A DNA stretch of 64,000 nucleotides from an uncultured delta proteobacterium (GCA_963708295.1 CAVPSJ010000004.1:1-64000), one strand, 5' to 3'. Shown: positions 28,979 to 40,160, counted from the stretch's first letter. The notes: generated by a model from the letters alone, not told the origin. Translations and numbers: made by a program.

Positions 28979-29482
28979 ATGGTTCCGCAAATCAAGAAAA
29001 TCCTTTATGCTACCGATCTTAGCAAGAACTCTTCTTACGCTTTCTTTTACGCAACCGATCTGGCAAAAAGACATGATGCAAAGATTGTCATTTTGCATGT
29101 GATTGAACCTTTTCCTGCTTATGGAGACGCGTATGCGGGCATTACGGTTCATGTAGAACAAAAAGAGCAGGGGGAGATCGTCGAGGAAATCAAAGGGCAC
29201 CTCCAGGAATTCTGCAGAAAAGCAGAGGCTCAAATTGGTCCTCCATGCGTTTCACTGGTATCCAAAATTCTCGTCCCTCGTGGCCATCCCCCGGAAGAAA
29301 TCTTGAATGCTGCGGATGAAGAAGGTTGCGATGTGATTGTCCTTGGAACCCACGGAAAGGGATTTTTGGCCCACACCTTTCTTGGCAGTGTATCGAGTGC
29401 GGTATTGCATCGAACCCGAAAACCAGTTTTTATCATACCGTTGCCATCTGAAAAAGCAAGTGCCGACTGGGATGGAATCTGA
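28979..29482 (+). CDS. Universal stress protein
   Basis: KKILYATDLS, ILHVIEP, IVLGTHGKG..FLGSVS. Confidence 0.93.
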   Translation: MVPQIKKILYATDLSKNSSYAFFYATDLAKRHDAKIVILHVIEPFPAYGDAYAGITVHVEQKEQGEIVEEIKGHLQEFCRKAEAQIGPPCVSLVSKILVPRGHPPEEILNAADEEGCDVIVLGTHGKGFLAHTFLGSVSSAVLHRTRKPVFIIPLPSEKASADWDGI

Positions 29483-29632
29483 TGAGACTGGTTTCCTTTG
29501 CCATTCTCATCATGAGGCTTCATCGCCGCCGGGAGTTGTTCGGTTTCTGTGCTCTTGATCGGCGCTCTTATCCATATGCGGGAAACGATGGAAACAGGCA
29601 AACCGGCATGATGGGCCATCATTTCTCCATCA

Positions 29633-30118
29633 ATGGTCAACCCTATGGGAAGAATCGTTGACTTGCAGGAATTAGAAAGGTTTTTTCCGGGAAAGAGTGA
29701 GGGCAAGATTGTTCTTACCGGGGGATGCTTTGATATTCTCCATATCGGTCATGTGAAGTTTCTATCCGGAGCAAAAGGAGCGGGAGATTACCTGATCATC
29801 CTCTTGGAAAGTGACCAGAAGGTGAAGAAACTTAAGGGAAGGAATAGGCCTGTCTTCAATCAAAGAGAAAGAGCAGAAATGCTCTCTGCCCTCGCAAGTG
29901 TAGACCTAATCGTGCTCCTTCCGATGATGGAAGATGACGGCGATTATTTGAATCTTGTGACGAAAATCAAACCCGACATTATCGCGGTTACAGAGAATGA
30001 TCCTCAGATTGAGAATAGAAGGCGGCAGGCAAAGGGAGTCGGAAGCGAGTTGAAGATAATTCCCCTTACAAAAACATTTTCCACGTCAAAACTGGCCGAG
30101 ATTCTAGGGGTGGCATGA
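29633..30118 (+). CDS. Cytidylyltransferase family (RfaE/HldE-II-like)
   Basis: GGCFDILHIGH, KGRNRP, ER..L, STSK. Confidence 0.9.
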   Translation: MVNPMGRIVDLQELERFFPGKSEGKIVLTGGCFDILHIGHVKFLSGAKGAGDYLIILLESDQKVKKLKGRNRPVFNQRERAEMLSALASVDLIVLLPMMEDDGDYLNLVTKIKPDIIAVTENDPQIENRRRQAKGVGSELKIIPLTKTFSTSKLAEILGVA

Positions 30119-30235
30119 TAGAGACCGATGCCTCGGTTAAGGGCCGGCGGTCATCCATTCTTATCATTTTATCTCAACCATTCTTCCATAATTTTCTTAA
30201 GAGACTGTACGACTCGTCGGGTTAGTTGGGGCTTT

Positions 30236-30759
30236 CTACGAATCCGGCGGGAATAAAACGACAGGGGAAGGTTTGATGATCTGTCTATGTTCTATAAAGT
30301 AAGTGCGGTCCTCAGGCCTTTTCCCCCAACGGCCACAGGACTCGAAGCCTATCGAAGAACTCGGAGGGACTGCAGTACTCTCCTCCCAGCTAATCTGTTT
30401 GGCCTGATTCATACCGATGGCGAGATGGATAACTTCCATATGGGTGCAGTAGACCTTAATGATTCCTTGAGCGAGAGGTAAATTGGATTTAAAAACTCTT
30501 GTTATAGCCGCCTTTGCCAAATCTCGCACAAATACATCCCTTCCCCAGCGGTCTCCTATGTTAAAGGTCAGCTCGATGACAAATCGGTCCTTTTCGACCG
30601 GGGTAATTCTGACTTGTGGAATTAATTCAGATTGTTCAAAAAGCTTGATGACCTCTCTTTCCGCATCCTCGGCAGACATAGAAAAACCCGTGGATGCTGA
30701 ACAGAGAAGGAAAGAAACCGAAAAACAAGGATGAAAAAAATGTTTCTCCTACGTACCAT
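30236..30759 (-). CDS. Hypothetical exported protein (frameshifted)
   Basis: Signal-like MVRRRNIFFILVF.. joins the 30679 ORF after a frameshift. Confidence 0.45.
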
Positions 30760-30799
30760 CAATTTTATTATCCTTTTATAATTAAATAAAGGAAGATAG

Positions 30800-31627
30800 A
30801 TGAAAAAGTCAAGCGCTATTTACATATATCGTTATTCTGGTTTTTGCCGTTTTGTTGTCCGGATGCAGTTCTCGTCACGAGTAAAGCATCTTTTCGTCAC
30901 TATGAGAACTCTCCCATTCATATTGATCCAAAGAAAAAAGAACTTGACTTCATTGCATCCAATGTATTTCGAATCCAGACTTTCTTAAAATTTAAACTGG
31001 AAGAGTTGACCCCGACTGTGAGTGCCATCGGATTGGCCACTTCGCTCGACCAGTATCATCTTCTGACCACCAGGCATGTGGTTAAGATTAAATCCTTTCA
31101 GGCGATCACTCCCTTAGGACCTATTGAATTTCAGATTCCGGATGATCAAAAATTGGAGGAAGAAACCTTCATTATTCTTGATGATGGTTCCCGAATTAAG
31201 TCTACAGGTGGTCTATTCCGATGAGGAAAACGATTTTGCCCTTCTGAGGGCGGAGAAGAAAATCCATCATTTCCCTTTCGCTATCGGTAATTCAGACGAC
31301 TTCAAGATAGGGAACTTCGTTTTTCTCTTTGGCAATTTTCAGACCGGATTGAATATTCGTACCGGATATGTCACCCAGCTAAATTTCGTTCGTTACGGTG
31401 CCGAAGGAGAAGTCTCGAACATCAACGAGAGCCTCTTTGGTATTTCCGCGGTTACTGTCGAAGGGGACAGTGGAGCACCTATCTTTCTTCTCAGGGATGG
31501 GAGATTTGAGTTAGGTGGAATCGTTACCTTTCTTGTACCTCAGGCAAGAGGATTAGGGTTTGGAGTCAAGATCAACTACATCATGGCTCAAATTGATAGG
31601 TATCTGAAAGAAAATATATCCAAGTAG
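30800..31627 (+). pseudogene. Trypsin-like (HtrA-type) serine protease lipoprotein, several frameshifts
   Basis: LLSGC lipobox, LLTTRHVV (His), NDFALL (Asp) and GDSGAP (Ser), spread over different frames. Confidence 0.75.
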
Positions 31628-31876
31628 AAAAACTTAAGCTCACCTTCGGTCGCTTCGACAGAAGAAGCTTTCATCCACCTTGGATAAAGCAGGCACAGCA
31701 TGCACTGTCGAGGAATGCGTAACTCGGGATAGTAATTCTCCGGTGATCGTTTCAGCTTAGACTCAGGAGACCCCCCAGAATGAATCTCTCGCCAGAAAGG
31801 AATGAAACCGAAGCCGATTCGTCGGGCACATAACAAGTCTCCTTTATTTTATAATTATGGCTAGGGAGAAGAAAAA

Positions 31877-32074
31877 ATGGAGAAAAGGTTGGATTGCAAG
31901 GATGTCGAGCTCAATTGTGACGATATGATGTGCCCCCTACCGGGGGAAGAGGTGATCCACAAAATGGAGGGGTCCATTCTCCTTGAGAAAAGACCAGAGA
32001 ACATACGGAGGGAACACGACGATGACATGTGCCTATTGCGGCAAATACATCACCGAAGAAGAAATAAGAAGTGA
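31877..32074 (+). CDS. DUF1059-like small metal-binding protein, possibly degenerate
   Basis: MEKRLDCKDVELNCDDMMC...EEVI pattern. Confidence 0.45.
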   Translation: MEKRLDCKDVELNCDDMMCPLPGEEVIHKMEGSILLEKRPENIRREHDDDMCLLRQIHHRRRNKK

Positions 32075-32222
32075 AACCTTCGTTTGGATTCGTGAATTTA
32101 AGTATGGCAAGAAGAACGAGATGAAATGGATCGAGAGGGGCCTTTCCATCATCATTCACAAAAGATGCTTTGTGCCTTCTCATGTTGAGGAGCATCCTTG
32201 TAAGCAAGGATTAGTAGAATAA
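32022..32222 (+). CDS. Small putative zinc-finger protein
   Basis: MTCAYCGKYI...HKRC; GGAGG RBS. Confidence 0.5.
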   Translation: MTCAYCGKYITEEEIRSETFVWIREFKYGKKNEMKWIERGLSIIIHKRCFVPSHVEEHPCKQGLVE

Positions 32223-32465
32223 TGTCAATTTCAGCCGGTTGTTACCAATCATTTCATATCCCGCGCGACTCCATCAGGTCTTCTCTCTCCGAGAGAATGA
32301 TCTTAAACATCTGATCTTTCTTCTTTGTCAGACAAACCGTCATGCGTCTGTGCAATTCTAATACGACGTTGGTCGAACAAGATACGGCGATAAATGAGGT
32401 CTCGGGGCAAAGAGAATGTTGAAAAGGCGTACTTTGAAGATTATAATTTTAATAGGAGGCATAAA

Positions 32466-33080
32466 ATGGCTCGTTACATTGGTTCGACATGTAAAATATG
32501 CCGGAAACTTAACTTTTCCGTGTGTGGGTCCGATCGCTGTGCCCTTTCACGAAGGAATACTCCTCCAGGAATGCACCCGAATCTTAGGAGGAAGATGAGT
32601 GATTATAAGAAGCGCCTCTTGGAGAAGCAGAAACTGAGGTTCTCCTACTGGGTTTCTGAAAAGCAGTTCAGAAATTATGTGAAAGAGGCTTTTAAGAATC
32701 CGGGGATCCCGGGCGAAACACTCGTCAGTCTTCTTGAACGTAGACTGGACAACGTTGTTTATCGCCTTGGGTTTGCTCCGACTCCTCTGGCTGCAAGACA
32801 GTTGGTTGTTCACGGACACGTTCTGGTAAATGGCCGAAAGGTCGATCGTCCTTCTTACACCCTGAGACCCGGAGAGACACTCTCGCTCAAAGAAAAATCG
32901 AGGAGAATGCCCCTCGTGGAGGAGGGATTGGCAAGGAGTCCTGCCAGACCCGTGCTTCCTTATATCCAGGTGGACAAGGAGAATTTCAAAGGGATGCTGA
33001 CCTCCATTCCTGAAAGGAATCAGATTCCTTTGGAGGTCAACGAAGCCCTGGTCATGGAACACTATACAAGATATATCTGA
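32466..33080 (+). CDS. rpsD: 30S ribosomal protein S4 (stand-alone copy)
   Basis: MARYIG, PPGMH, LLEKQKLR, LERRLDNVVYRLGFA, ARQLVVHGHVLVNG; AGGAGG RBS. Confidence 0.93.
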   Translation: MARYIGSTCKICRKLNFSVCGSDRCALSRRNTPPGMHPNLRRKMSDYKKRLLEKQKLRFSYWVSEKQFRNYVKEAFKNPGIPGETLVSLLERRLDNVVYRLGFAPTPLAARQLVVHGHVLVNGRKVDRPSYTLRPGETLSLKEKSRRMPLVEEGLARSPARPVLPYIQVDKENFKGMLTSIPERNQIPLEVNEALVMEHYTRYI

Positions 33081-33352
33081 GGCCCCCCCACCCCTTCGAG
33101 TTTGTCAAAAACGGACCAAGGCTCGGAGGCCCAAGTCATCTTAAATATTTGGCAAACCCTACTCCAGATGTACAGATAATCCATTCCCAAGTAAAAAATT
33201 GTGTTAATTGTTAGCCTGAAATCAACAAGGAGCCAATTTAGAAAAGCATGTTCGATGTCAGTTGGTAGTCGATAGGTGGTTATTATCAAAGGCTCGCGGG
33301 AAATGACTCCGCCTTCTTATGTGCATTTCTATCATTCATTGTTTTCATTGAT

Positions 33353-34333
33353 TCATTCCTCGCCGGGGATAAAGGCAACTTCGGCTTTTTCAGTATCGAA
33401 ATCATTCTTCGGAAATATCAACGAAGTGACGATCGCCAATACAAGCAGTCCGAACACTACACCCAGGGCCAGCTCGATCTGAATCTTATAGAAATCCTGG
33501 ATGAGCATCTTGACGCCAATAAATCCAAGAATGATCGCCAGTGCGTACTTGAGGTAGTGGAACAACTGCATCACACCCGCAAGGGCAAAGTACAATGCCC
33601 GCAACCCCAGAATCGCAAATACGTTAGATGTGTAAACGATGAACAAATCCTGCGATATACCCAGTACCGCCGGGATCGAGTCGAGTGCAAAGACCAGATC
33701 GGTGCTTTCTATCACGACAAGAGTCGCAAGTAACGGTGTCGCGTAAAGCACACCATTGATTCGCACAAGAAACTTTTCTTTATGCAATTCAGTCGAGAGC
33801 GGGAGGTAACGCGACACGAATTTCAGCGCTGGGTTCTTGCCCGGATCAATCTTTCCTTCGATGCCCTTGATCAGCCGGTATGCAGTAAGGATTAGGATCG
33901 CGCCAAAAATGTAGAGCATCCATTTAAAGCCGTGTACCAATTCAATGCCAATGACGATGAGGATCGCTCGCATCACAATTGCGCCGAAAATGCCCCATCG
34001 CAGGACGCGCGGCTGATACATCGGATGGATACCGAAGTAACCGAATACTACCAGAAAAACGAACAGGTTGTCTACGCTGAGCGACTTTTCAACGACATAA
34101 GCGGTGAGATACATCAATGCTTTCTCAGAGCCCAGTTGGTAATACACGAACACATTAAAGAGCAGGGCCGTACCGATCCAGATTGAACTCCAGATTAGCG
34201 CGGATTTGATTGTGACGATACGCGCCTTGCGGTTGACTAAGTAAAGATCAATATAGAGCATAAGGCCAACGGCGACGCTGAAGCCGGCAAACATCATTAA
34301 TTGGTGTGAGGCAGTATCTCCCAATCCAAACAT
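33353..34333 (-). CDS. TerC/Alx family metal (Mn) homeostasis membrane protein
   Basis: EKSLSVDNLFVF, DLVFALDSIPAV, TSNVFAILGLRALYF. Confidence 0.93.
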   Translation of the reverse strand: MFGLGDTASHQLMMFAGFSVAVGLMLYIDLYLVNRKARIVTIKSALIWSSIWIGTALLFNVFVYYQLGSEKALMYLTAYVVEKSLSVDNLFVFLVVFGYFGIHPMYQPRVLRWGIFGAIVMRAILIVIGIELVHGFKWMLYIFGAILILTAYRLIKGIEGKIDPGKNPALKFVSRYLPLSTELHKEKFLVRINGVLYATPLLATLVVIESTDLVFALDSIPAVLGISQDLFIVYTSNVFAILGLRALYFALAGVMQLFHYLKYALAIILGFIGVKMLIQDFYKIQIELALGVVFGLLVLAIVTSLIFPKNDFDTEKAEVAFIPGEE

Positions 34334-34505
34334 AACCTGTCTCTCCTTTTCAAAGTGAAATCAGGGTCCATGGTGAGACTCGATGAGATACTTGAAGCTT
34401 GTTCGGACCATTTCTGGTTAGGCACCCATCGACCTCATACACTTCTGATACCCCAAAGAAGACCCTAAATTACGACGGATTTCATTGAGAGTCCGCATAA
34501 CGTTT

Positions 34506-35313
34506 CTAGATAGGTTTTGTTAGTTTGTCTATCAAATCATCCAACGGCTTTAAGGAAACATCCTCGGTCGAGTCCGACTCATAATAAGCAAAAGGGTTAT
34601 CCAAGTCTCTAATGAGCAAAATTAGAAAAGTCAGTAGGAACGTGATTACTCCGACGAAAAAAAGCGACTCGTAGAACGGATCTATTTTGGAAAAAATGAG
34701 GCCAAGAGTGAGAAGAACCGTCGTTATTTCAGCAATCATATACCCCGATGACACAAAAGAGGTTTCGCGAACTGTATGGATACGCACCAGTATACGCCGG
34801 ATGTTGGTTTGTTCCTGTTTTAACCGTGCGATAAAGGTCGCCTGAGTCAGAGGTTCAAAGGCCGCAAAAGAAGTCACTCAGACCACTCAGTCTTTCCATT
34901 GTATCCTTTGTGCGTTCCTTTTTGTAAAACCAATTCTTTACAGCAATCGTAAATTGATGAAGGTATGTTAAACATTCTTTTGCTACTGGGGCGTTCTTGT
35001 TTTTGTAAATCGTCAGGGCCTCCTCAACGATTGATTCAATGCTGGTTGTCAACTCCCCAGGAAGCCTCTCACTTTCTTTATAATCGGTTAGAATCCCAGA
35101 CAGAAGAAAGCCCATTAGAAACACATTGGCTGCAACGATGCCTGACAAAAGAGGATTCAAAGAGATAATCTCCCATCCAAACCAATGGGCAATAAGCTTA
35201 AAAAAAATAACAACCCCTACGATCAGAGTGACCTGAAGAGCTAATCGGTATTTTTTGTGAATTTTCCTGGGCATCTTTGTTCCCTTTCTCTCTGTAAGAT
35301 TCACTCTTTGCAC
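34506..35313 (-). CDS. DUF4239-like membrane protein (frameshift near 34870)
   Basis: TMs, DYKESERLPG and C-terminal LIRDLDNPF across two overlapping ORFs. Confidence 0.65.
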
Positions 35314-35960
35314 CTTCTTTTCTTATTCATAAGAACAACTCCATAGATTAACAACAGGAGCAGTAACAAGCCTCCAATTGCCACTGGCGGTGTCCAGAAA
35401 TCCTTAGGAGAGGCGCTATAAATACCAAGGACGCCAAAAATAATAAAGACTAATGCGGCGAACCACTTAACAACACGTTCGGGTATTTTCTTTCCCAGAA
35501 CGATGCCAACAATGATGCCTAATGCGTCCGCAATCACCATGCCACACGTTGTACCAAGCCATATTTGAATGATGCTGTCAAATCGGGTGGCTAATGCAAC
35601 GGTCGCAAGTTGGGTCTTATCTCCCATCTCGGCAATGAAAAAGGCAATGGCAACTGTCCAGAAGGGGCTGTACTTAAACTTTTTATCTTCATCCTTGAGT
35701 TCATCCCCTCGTAGGGTCCAAAGGCCAAACAAGATGAAAGATGCGGCCCCCGCGATTTGTATGTATTGGAGAGGCACAATATTTGTGAGGACACTTCCTG
35801 CGGCTACGGCGAGGAGATGGTTAAGAAGTGTTGCTACAAAAACTGCAAACATCACGGTTTGCCAACGGTATCTGGATGCAAAGGCCATGGCGAGTAATTG
35901 GGTCTTATCACCCATTTCAGCCAAAACCACGAATACCAGGGACGTAATATATGCCGTCAT
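35301..35960 (-). CDS. TMEM165/GDT1 (UPF0016) Mn2+/Ca2+ transporter
   Basis: Two EMGDKTQL motifs. Confidence 0.95.
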   Translation of the reverse strand: MTAYITSLVFVVLAEMGDKTQLLAMAFASRYRWQTVMFAVFVATLLNHLLAVAAGSVLTNIVPLQYIQIAGAASFILFGLWTLRGDELKDEDKKFKYSPFWTVAIAFFIAEMGDKTQLATVALATRFDSIIQIWLGTTCGMVIADALGIIVGIVLGKKIPERVVKWFAALVFIIFGVLGIYSASPKDFWTPPVAIGGLLLLLLLIYGVVLMNKKRRCKE

Positions 35961-35977
35961 ACCCTATCCTCCCTCCA

Positions 35978-36112
35978 AATAAAAAGCGAGACGCTTTAGC
36001 ACAGACGGGTAAGGTCTACACTAAAGGTCTCGCTAATTGGCTTCAACCAACGGTAAGGCCAGGCAACCTGCGCCGGTATGTTGACCTTACCTCGTTAGCT
36101 ACTCCCCTTCAG
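35978..36112 (-). ncRNA. yybP-ykoY manganese riboswitch with terminator expression platform
   Basis: Minus strand: AAGGGGAGTAGC...GTCAACATAC...AGCGAGACCTT. Overlapping terminator GCGAGACCTTTAG/CTAAAGCGTCTCGC followed by TTTTTATTT. Confidence 0.9.
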
Positions 36113-36218
36113 GATAGCTTGGTTTATAAGATAATAATCTCTGAAGTTCAAGTTTTTCTTTGCCCGAAGCTCCTTCCCGATTCCTTCGTCTGGAGGGAGT
36201 CCGGTTTAGTCTGTGCTG

Positions 36219-36449
36219 TTACCGGTTGGACAAAAATAACATATCTCTGTTTCCTACCCCTCTTCGTGTGATCAGGGTGAGAGAAAGATCGGTGTATTTG
36301 CTGATTAGTTCCTCATAATCATTAAATTCAACGAGGCAGAATACTCTGTCTTTTGAACGGAAGAGATCGACGATCTCTTTCTCATTTTCAATTTCCAAAA
36401 TGATGAGCCGTCTGATCTGTTGAACGGTTTTGGATGTGAATGCAGTCAT
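36219..36449 (-). CDS. Hypothetical protein
   Basis: ORF only, co-oriented with its neighbours. Confidence 0.35.
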   Translation of the reverse strand: MTAFTSKTVQQIRRLIILEIENEKEIVDLFRSKDRVFCLVEFNDYEELISKYTDLSLTLITRRGVGNRDMLFLSNR

Positions 36450-36487
36450 ACATTAATCTCGTTCTAAGCCATTCTCGGTTCTCTAAA

Positions 36488-37136
36488 TCAAATTGGTTTC
36501 TTCTTCCTGAGCTTATAATAAAGGTACGCCAGGACTCCTACCATCCCGATCAGCATCAATATCGAAACAAATGTCTCCGCCGAATTCAAACGGGTCGCTG
36601 CCTTTTCATACGTGGCTCCAATCCACCATCCGACGAAGGCCAGGGAAAAACATCGGAACATTGAACCAAGAAATGTATAAGACTGTGAAGGGTTTAAGAG
36701 GGACACGCAGAAGTCCCGCGAAGATCGAGACGAGAGAGATGGGAAAGACCGGTATGGCCCTGGAGAAGAAAATGGCTATGGCCTCCTTTTTTCCCTGAAA
36801 CCGTTTCTCCAAATTTTCTATCTCTTCCCAATCGACGCCCAGAAAGCGCTGGAAACGAAGGACCAAGGCCTTCCCTCCGTAGTAACTGATTATATATCCG
36901 ATATACGAACCTAATGTAGAAGCAATGGACCCGGGGAGAACGATGGTCCAGAAGATCCGGAGAAAAGCATTGGGAATAGAAAGTTCGGGTGAAATAAGGA
37001 TTGCTCCCGCCCCCATGATGATCAACGGAGATGGGATGGGTACAACGATTTGTTCGATCATCACCCCGATGAAGACCGAGAGCTGACCATTCGCCCTCAT
37101 CAACTCCATAATCCAGTTCGTGATTTCTGAAATCAT
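36488..37136 (-). CDS. DedA family membrane protein (frameshift near 36680)
   Basis: EQIVVPIPS, YYGG, SRAIP, AGLLR, then YTFLGS..R in the next frame. Confidence 0.85.
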
Positions 37137-37190
37137 AGGTATTCCACCACTTCCTTTACGATGCGCTAGCCGCCTACGGCTACCTGCCGA

Positions 37191-37604
37191 TTAGCGATCT
37201 TTGTGTGAATGAGTTTTCCTTATAAAGTAGTATCCAAACAACAGGGCAAAAATGACAGCTGCAATTCCAACAAGAGTGGGGCCAGCAAGATCCTTAGGAT
37301 CAAGAATAATCACTTTCCGACCGATTGCAATCAGTGCAGCCATGAGCACTACTTCTACGTGGAGTTCGTTTTCCGTAAGATAGGTCTTAAGTGTATATAC
37401 CAGCTCAATGCCGACCAAGACCAATAGGAAAAGACCGAAAATATCCAGCAGCTCCTTTGGTTCGGCTGTAAAGAAAGGCGGCGTGATTATCTCCTTGATA
37501 ATAAGCCACCCCAATTCAATGGTAACGAGAACGATCGTTATAGCCATCATCACGATAAGGGATGTGATAATGATACGTTCAAATATTTTTAGATAGTTCG
37601 ACAT
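37191..37604 (-). CDS. PsiE-family phosphate-starvation-inducible membrane protein
   Basis: LLVLVGIELV..Y, ALIAIGRKVIILD. Confidence 0.88.
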   Translation of the reverse strand: MSNYLKIFERIIITSLIVMMAITIVLVTIELGWLIIKEIITPPFFTAEPKELLDIFGLFLLVLVGIELVYTLKTYLTENELHVEVVLMAALIAIGRKVIILDPKDLAGPTLVGIAAVIFALLFGYYFIRKTHSHKDR

Positions 37605-37726
37605 TCCCTAATCCTTGCAGGTCAACAGTCCGGGGACGTAGTCCACAGTTGTTTTCTAAAACGAATGCATCCACGAAACGAATCAGGCCATGCCATTACG
37701 ATAATAAAGCTGTAAAGCTTGCAGCT

Positions 37727-38738
37727 TTAGGGCTGTTGAATCGCGGATAGCTTCCAAGGGTGATTTCCAACCGGACGAGTGAAGGTCCAGTACTCTTCGA
37801 ATTTGACCGGATCGATCTTGCTGCCGGAAATTACCTGCCCCGTTGATTCATCAACCGTGTAATCCAGAATGTTAGCCAGAAATCTAACGGTAATGTAGTC
37901 CGATCCTGACTCCTGCCAAACCTCGACCAGATCGACCGATCTCACGGCAATATTATCAAGGCGATTGACTTTTTTCTCCCGCCTCAATTCATCCACATCT
38001 GTTTTGAGGGTCGAAAAGACTTCAGAGGTCAACAATCCCTTGACAGGCTCCAGGTCCCTGTTAGCCCATCCCGCCTGGATCTTGAAGAAGATGTCCGAAC
38101 TGGTCTCCCTAAAAACAGCTTCATCAAACGTAGGGTCCATTTGACGGATGTGCTGGAGGCCGAGATCGACATCTGATCTCTGAGAGGGAGGCAACGGGGC
38201 CTTCAGTGCCCGGCATCTGGGTGGGTCCCGCGGCATACGACTCATAGGTAGGACTCCCGTAACAATACTGTGTCCCTGCATTGGACTCATTTCGAGCCAA
38301 CGCGACTCTCCGCCTGCTTTTAAAGTACCAGTAGACTCCAAACAGGAGGGCCGCTCCCAGGAGGATCTCAAAGAGTCCGATACCGCCACCGAAACCACCC
38401 CCTGTGCCTGCAAACCCTAGACCCCTGAAGAGCATGGATCCCAGGAGGCCGCCCATAAGCCCTCCGGCCAGTCCTCGCAGGAATCCTCCTGAAGAAGGCT
38501 GCTGAAACGGACCAGGCTGGGGATTGGTGGGTCTCGTCTGTGCGCCATAGGATCCGGGATCGCTCTTCGGTTGCGACGGTGAGCTATAGCTTCGGCTTGG
38601 CCCGGAGGGCCGAGACCCTCGGCTTCCCGAAGACCTCCCGCCTCCTGCACGGGCGAAGGCATCCAGTTCTAAGACCCCGAAGAATAGATAGATAAACGCC
38701 GCGAAAAAAACCAGGCCTTTTCTGAATCCTTTTTTCAT
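37727..38738 (-). CDS. Tim44-domain protein (frameshift near 38180)
   Basis: ARAGGGRSSGSRG, Gly-rich TM, then DPTFD..FFKIQAGW..FEEYWTF..WKLSAIQQ. Confidence 0.85.
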
Positions 38739-38811
38739 TCTTTTATTCCTCCTTTTCTCTCAACATAAGAATCTATACTGATGTATCCAGTTTGGCAATT
38801 TACCTCACCCA

Positions 38812-39222
38812 TTACGTCATCCTCTTTGACTCCAATAACTGTTTGGCCAAAATGATGCTTCTCCTTCCTGACTTCTTCACTAACTTACCGATTTCTCTGA
38901 GGGACCTTCCTTTTCGATAACTTGAAAGGGTTAACAACATAGGCATGTTTACCCCAGTCACCAATTCAACCTTCTCATTCTCCAAAAAGGATAGGCTGAG
39001 GTTGGTGGCTGTTCCCCCCAGAACATCCGTTAAGATTACAACTCCATCTCCATCATTCACTTTTACAATTTCTTGTCGAATCCTATCTTTAATCTCTTTC
39101 TCCCGATCTTTAGGCCAAATCGAAACTCCTCTTATCTTTTGCTGTTTTCCCACGAGAAACTGAAGCGATGAGATTAAAGCTTCCGCAAATCCTCCATGAG
39201 ATACAATTAGAACTCCGACCAT
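38812..39222 (-). CDS. PTS mannose/fructose-type EIIA
   Basis: MVGVLIVSHG, LTDVLGGT, TGVNMPML. Confidence 0.9.
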   Translation of the reverse strand: MVGVLIVSHGGFAEALISSLQFLVGKQQKIRGVSIWPKDREKEIKDRIRQEIVKVNDGDGVVILTDVLGGTATNLSLSFLENEKVELVTGVNMPMLLTLSSYRKGRSLREIGKLVKKSGRRSIILAKQLLESKRMT

Positions 39223-39425
39223 TTTCCCCTCCTCTAATTTCTTTCTTAAAAAAATCATTCTATGGATCAATTTTCTTAATTCTCGGATGCAGAACGATTT
39301 CTCCAAGCAGACAGTGGCTCTCAGGCATTGAACTCCTTTGCCTCCATAGGCAGTTAACACGATAATAGGAATCCAGGTTGAAATTTGCCGTTAGGATAGA
39401 GAAGGTTCTTGGGCTGATAACAAAT

Positions 39426-39746
39426 TTAAAGGATGGATGTAGGTGGGCGGAATATTGACTTTACAACCCCCTGATCAAGTAGAACCTCGAGGGCTATCGG
39501 GATTAAAGGTGAAACAGCCTTCAGCTGATAAATTTCCGTATCCTCATGGATAAATGGATCGATGGAGTCTTCTAAAGATACGCAATTGGGGCATTCGGGC
39601 GTCCTAGGATCACATTGGTTTGTATCACAGGGACTTTGGGATCCAGAGCCGGGAGTATTTCCCAATGGGGAAAAGTCATGCGCCCCTAAGAGGGAGGGGA
39701 TAATGACAAGAACAACCAGGATACTGCTAATCAATCTCCATAGCAT
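39426..39746 (-). CDS. DUF2946/CzcI-like Cys-rich leader protein with C-terminal RPP
   Basis: Signal/TM, then CDTNQC..CPNC, ending SIFRPPTSIL. Confidence 0.6.
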   Translation of the reverse strand: MLWRLISSILVVLVIIPSLLGAHDFSPLGNTPGSGSQSPCDTNQCDPRTPECPNCVSLEDSIDPFIHEDTEIYQLKAVSPLIPIALEVLLDQGVVKSIFRPPTSIL

Positions 39747-40160
39747 AGTGAGAAACATTTAACATGGTTACATGTACCTGTCAAGAGACTCCCAACAACA
39801 ACCTCACAACAACCTTTCCCTCTCCCAGTGTTTATGGCCACTTTGCTTGGCGCAAATGGAGTTGTGGGCGAGGGAGAAGAAGACCTTCAGCAGCAGCCTC
39901 CCAAATTATTTTCAGTAGCAAGACGATGGCCCGTTCGACCCATGAAGATGGGTGAGAATTAGCATCGCAAGGGTTACGACTTCTGCCATGTCTCCTCTGT
40001 TTTCAAATCATTTAAAATGCTTGCTTATCTCCGACCCCTGAAGCATGCTTTTGTTGAAGACAGGTCGAAGCATCGATTGATGCTTGACCTCCCCGTATTT
40101 GGCCAAATGCAATTTGCAGTGGGTCTATCCCTGCTTAAGACTCTCGACCTTAAATTTCCA

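Noticed and set aside
31630-31850. Possible ncRNA in the intergenic gap
   Set aside because: No recognisable family motif or strong structure.
39880-39990. GGC-TGC-TGC-TGA on the minus strand as another Sec motif
   Set aside because: No RBS-supported ORF in that frame with recognisable homology, and no SECIS-like hairpin.
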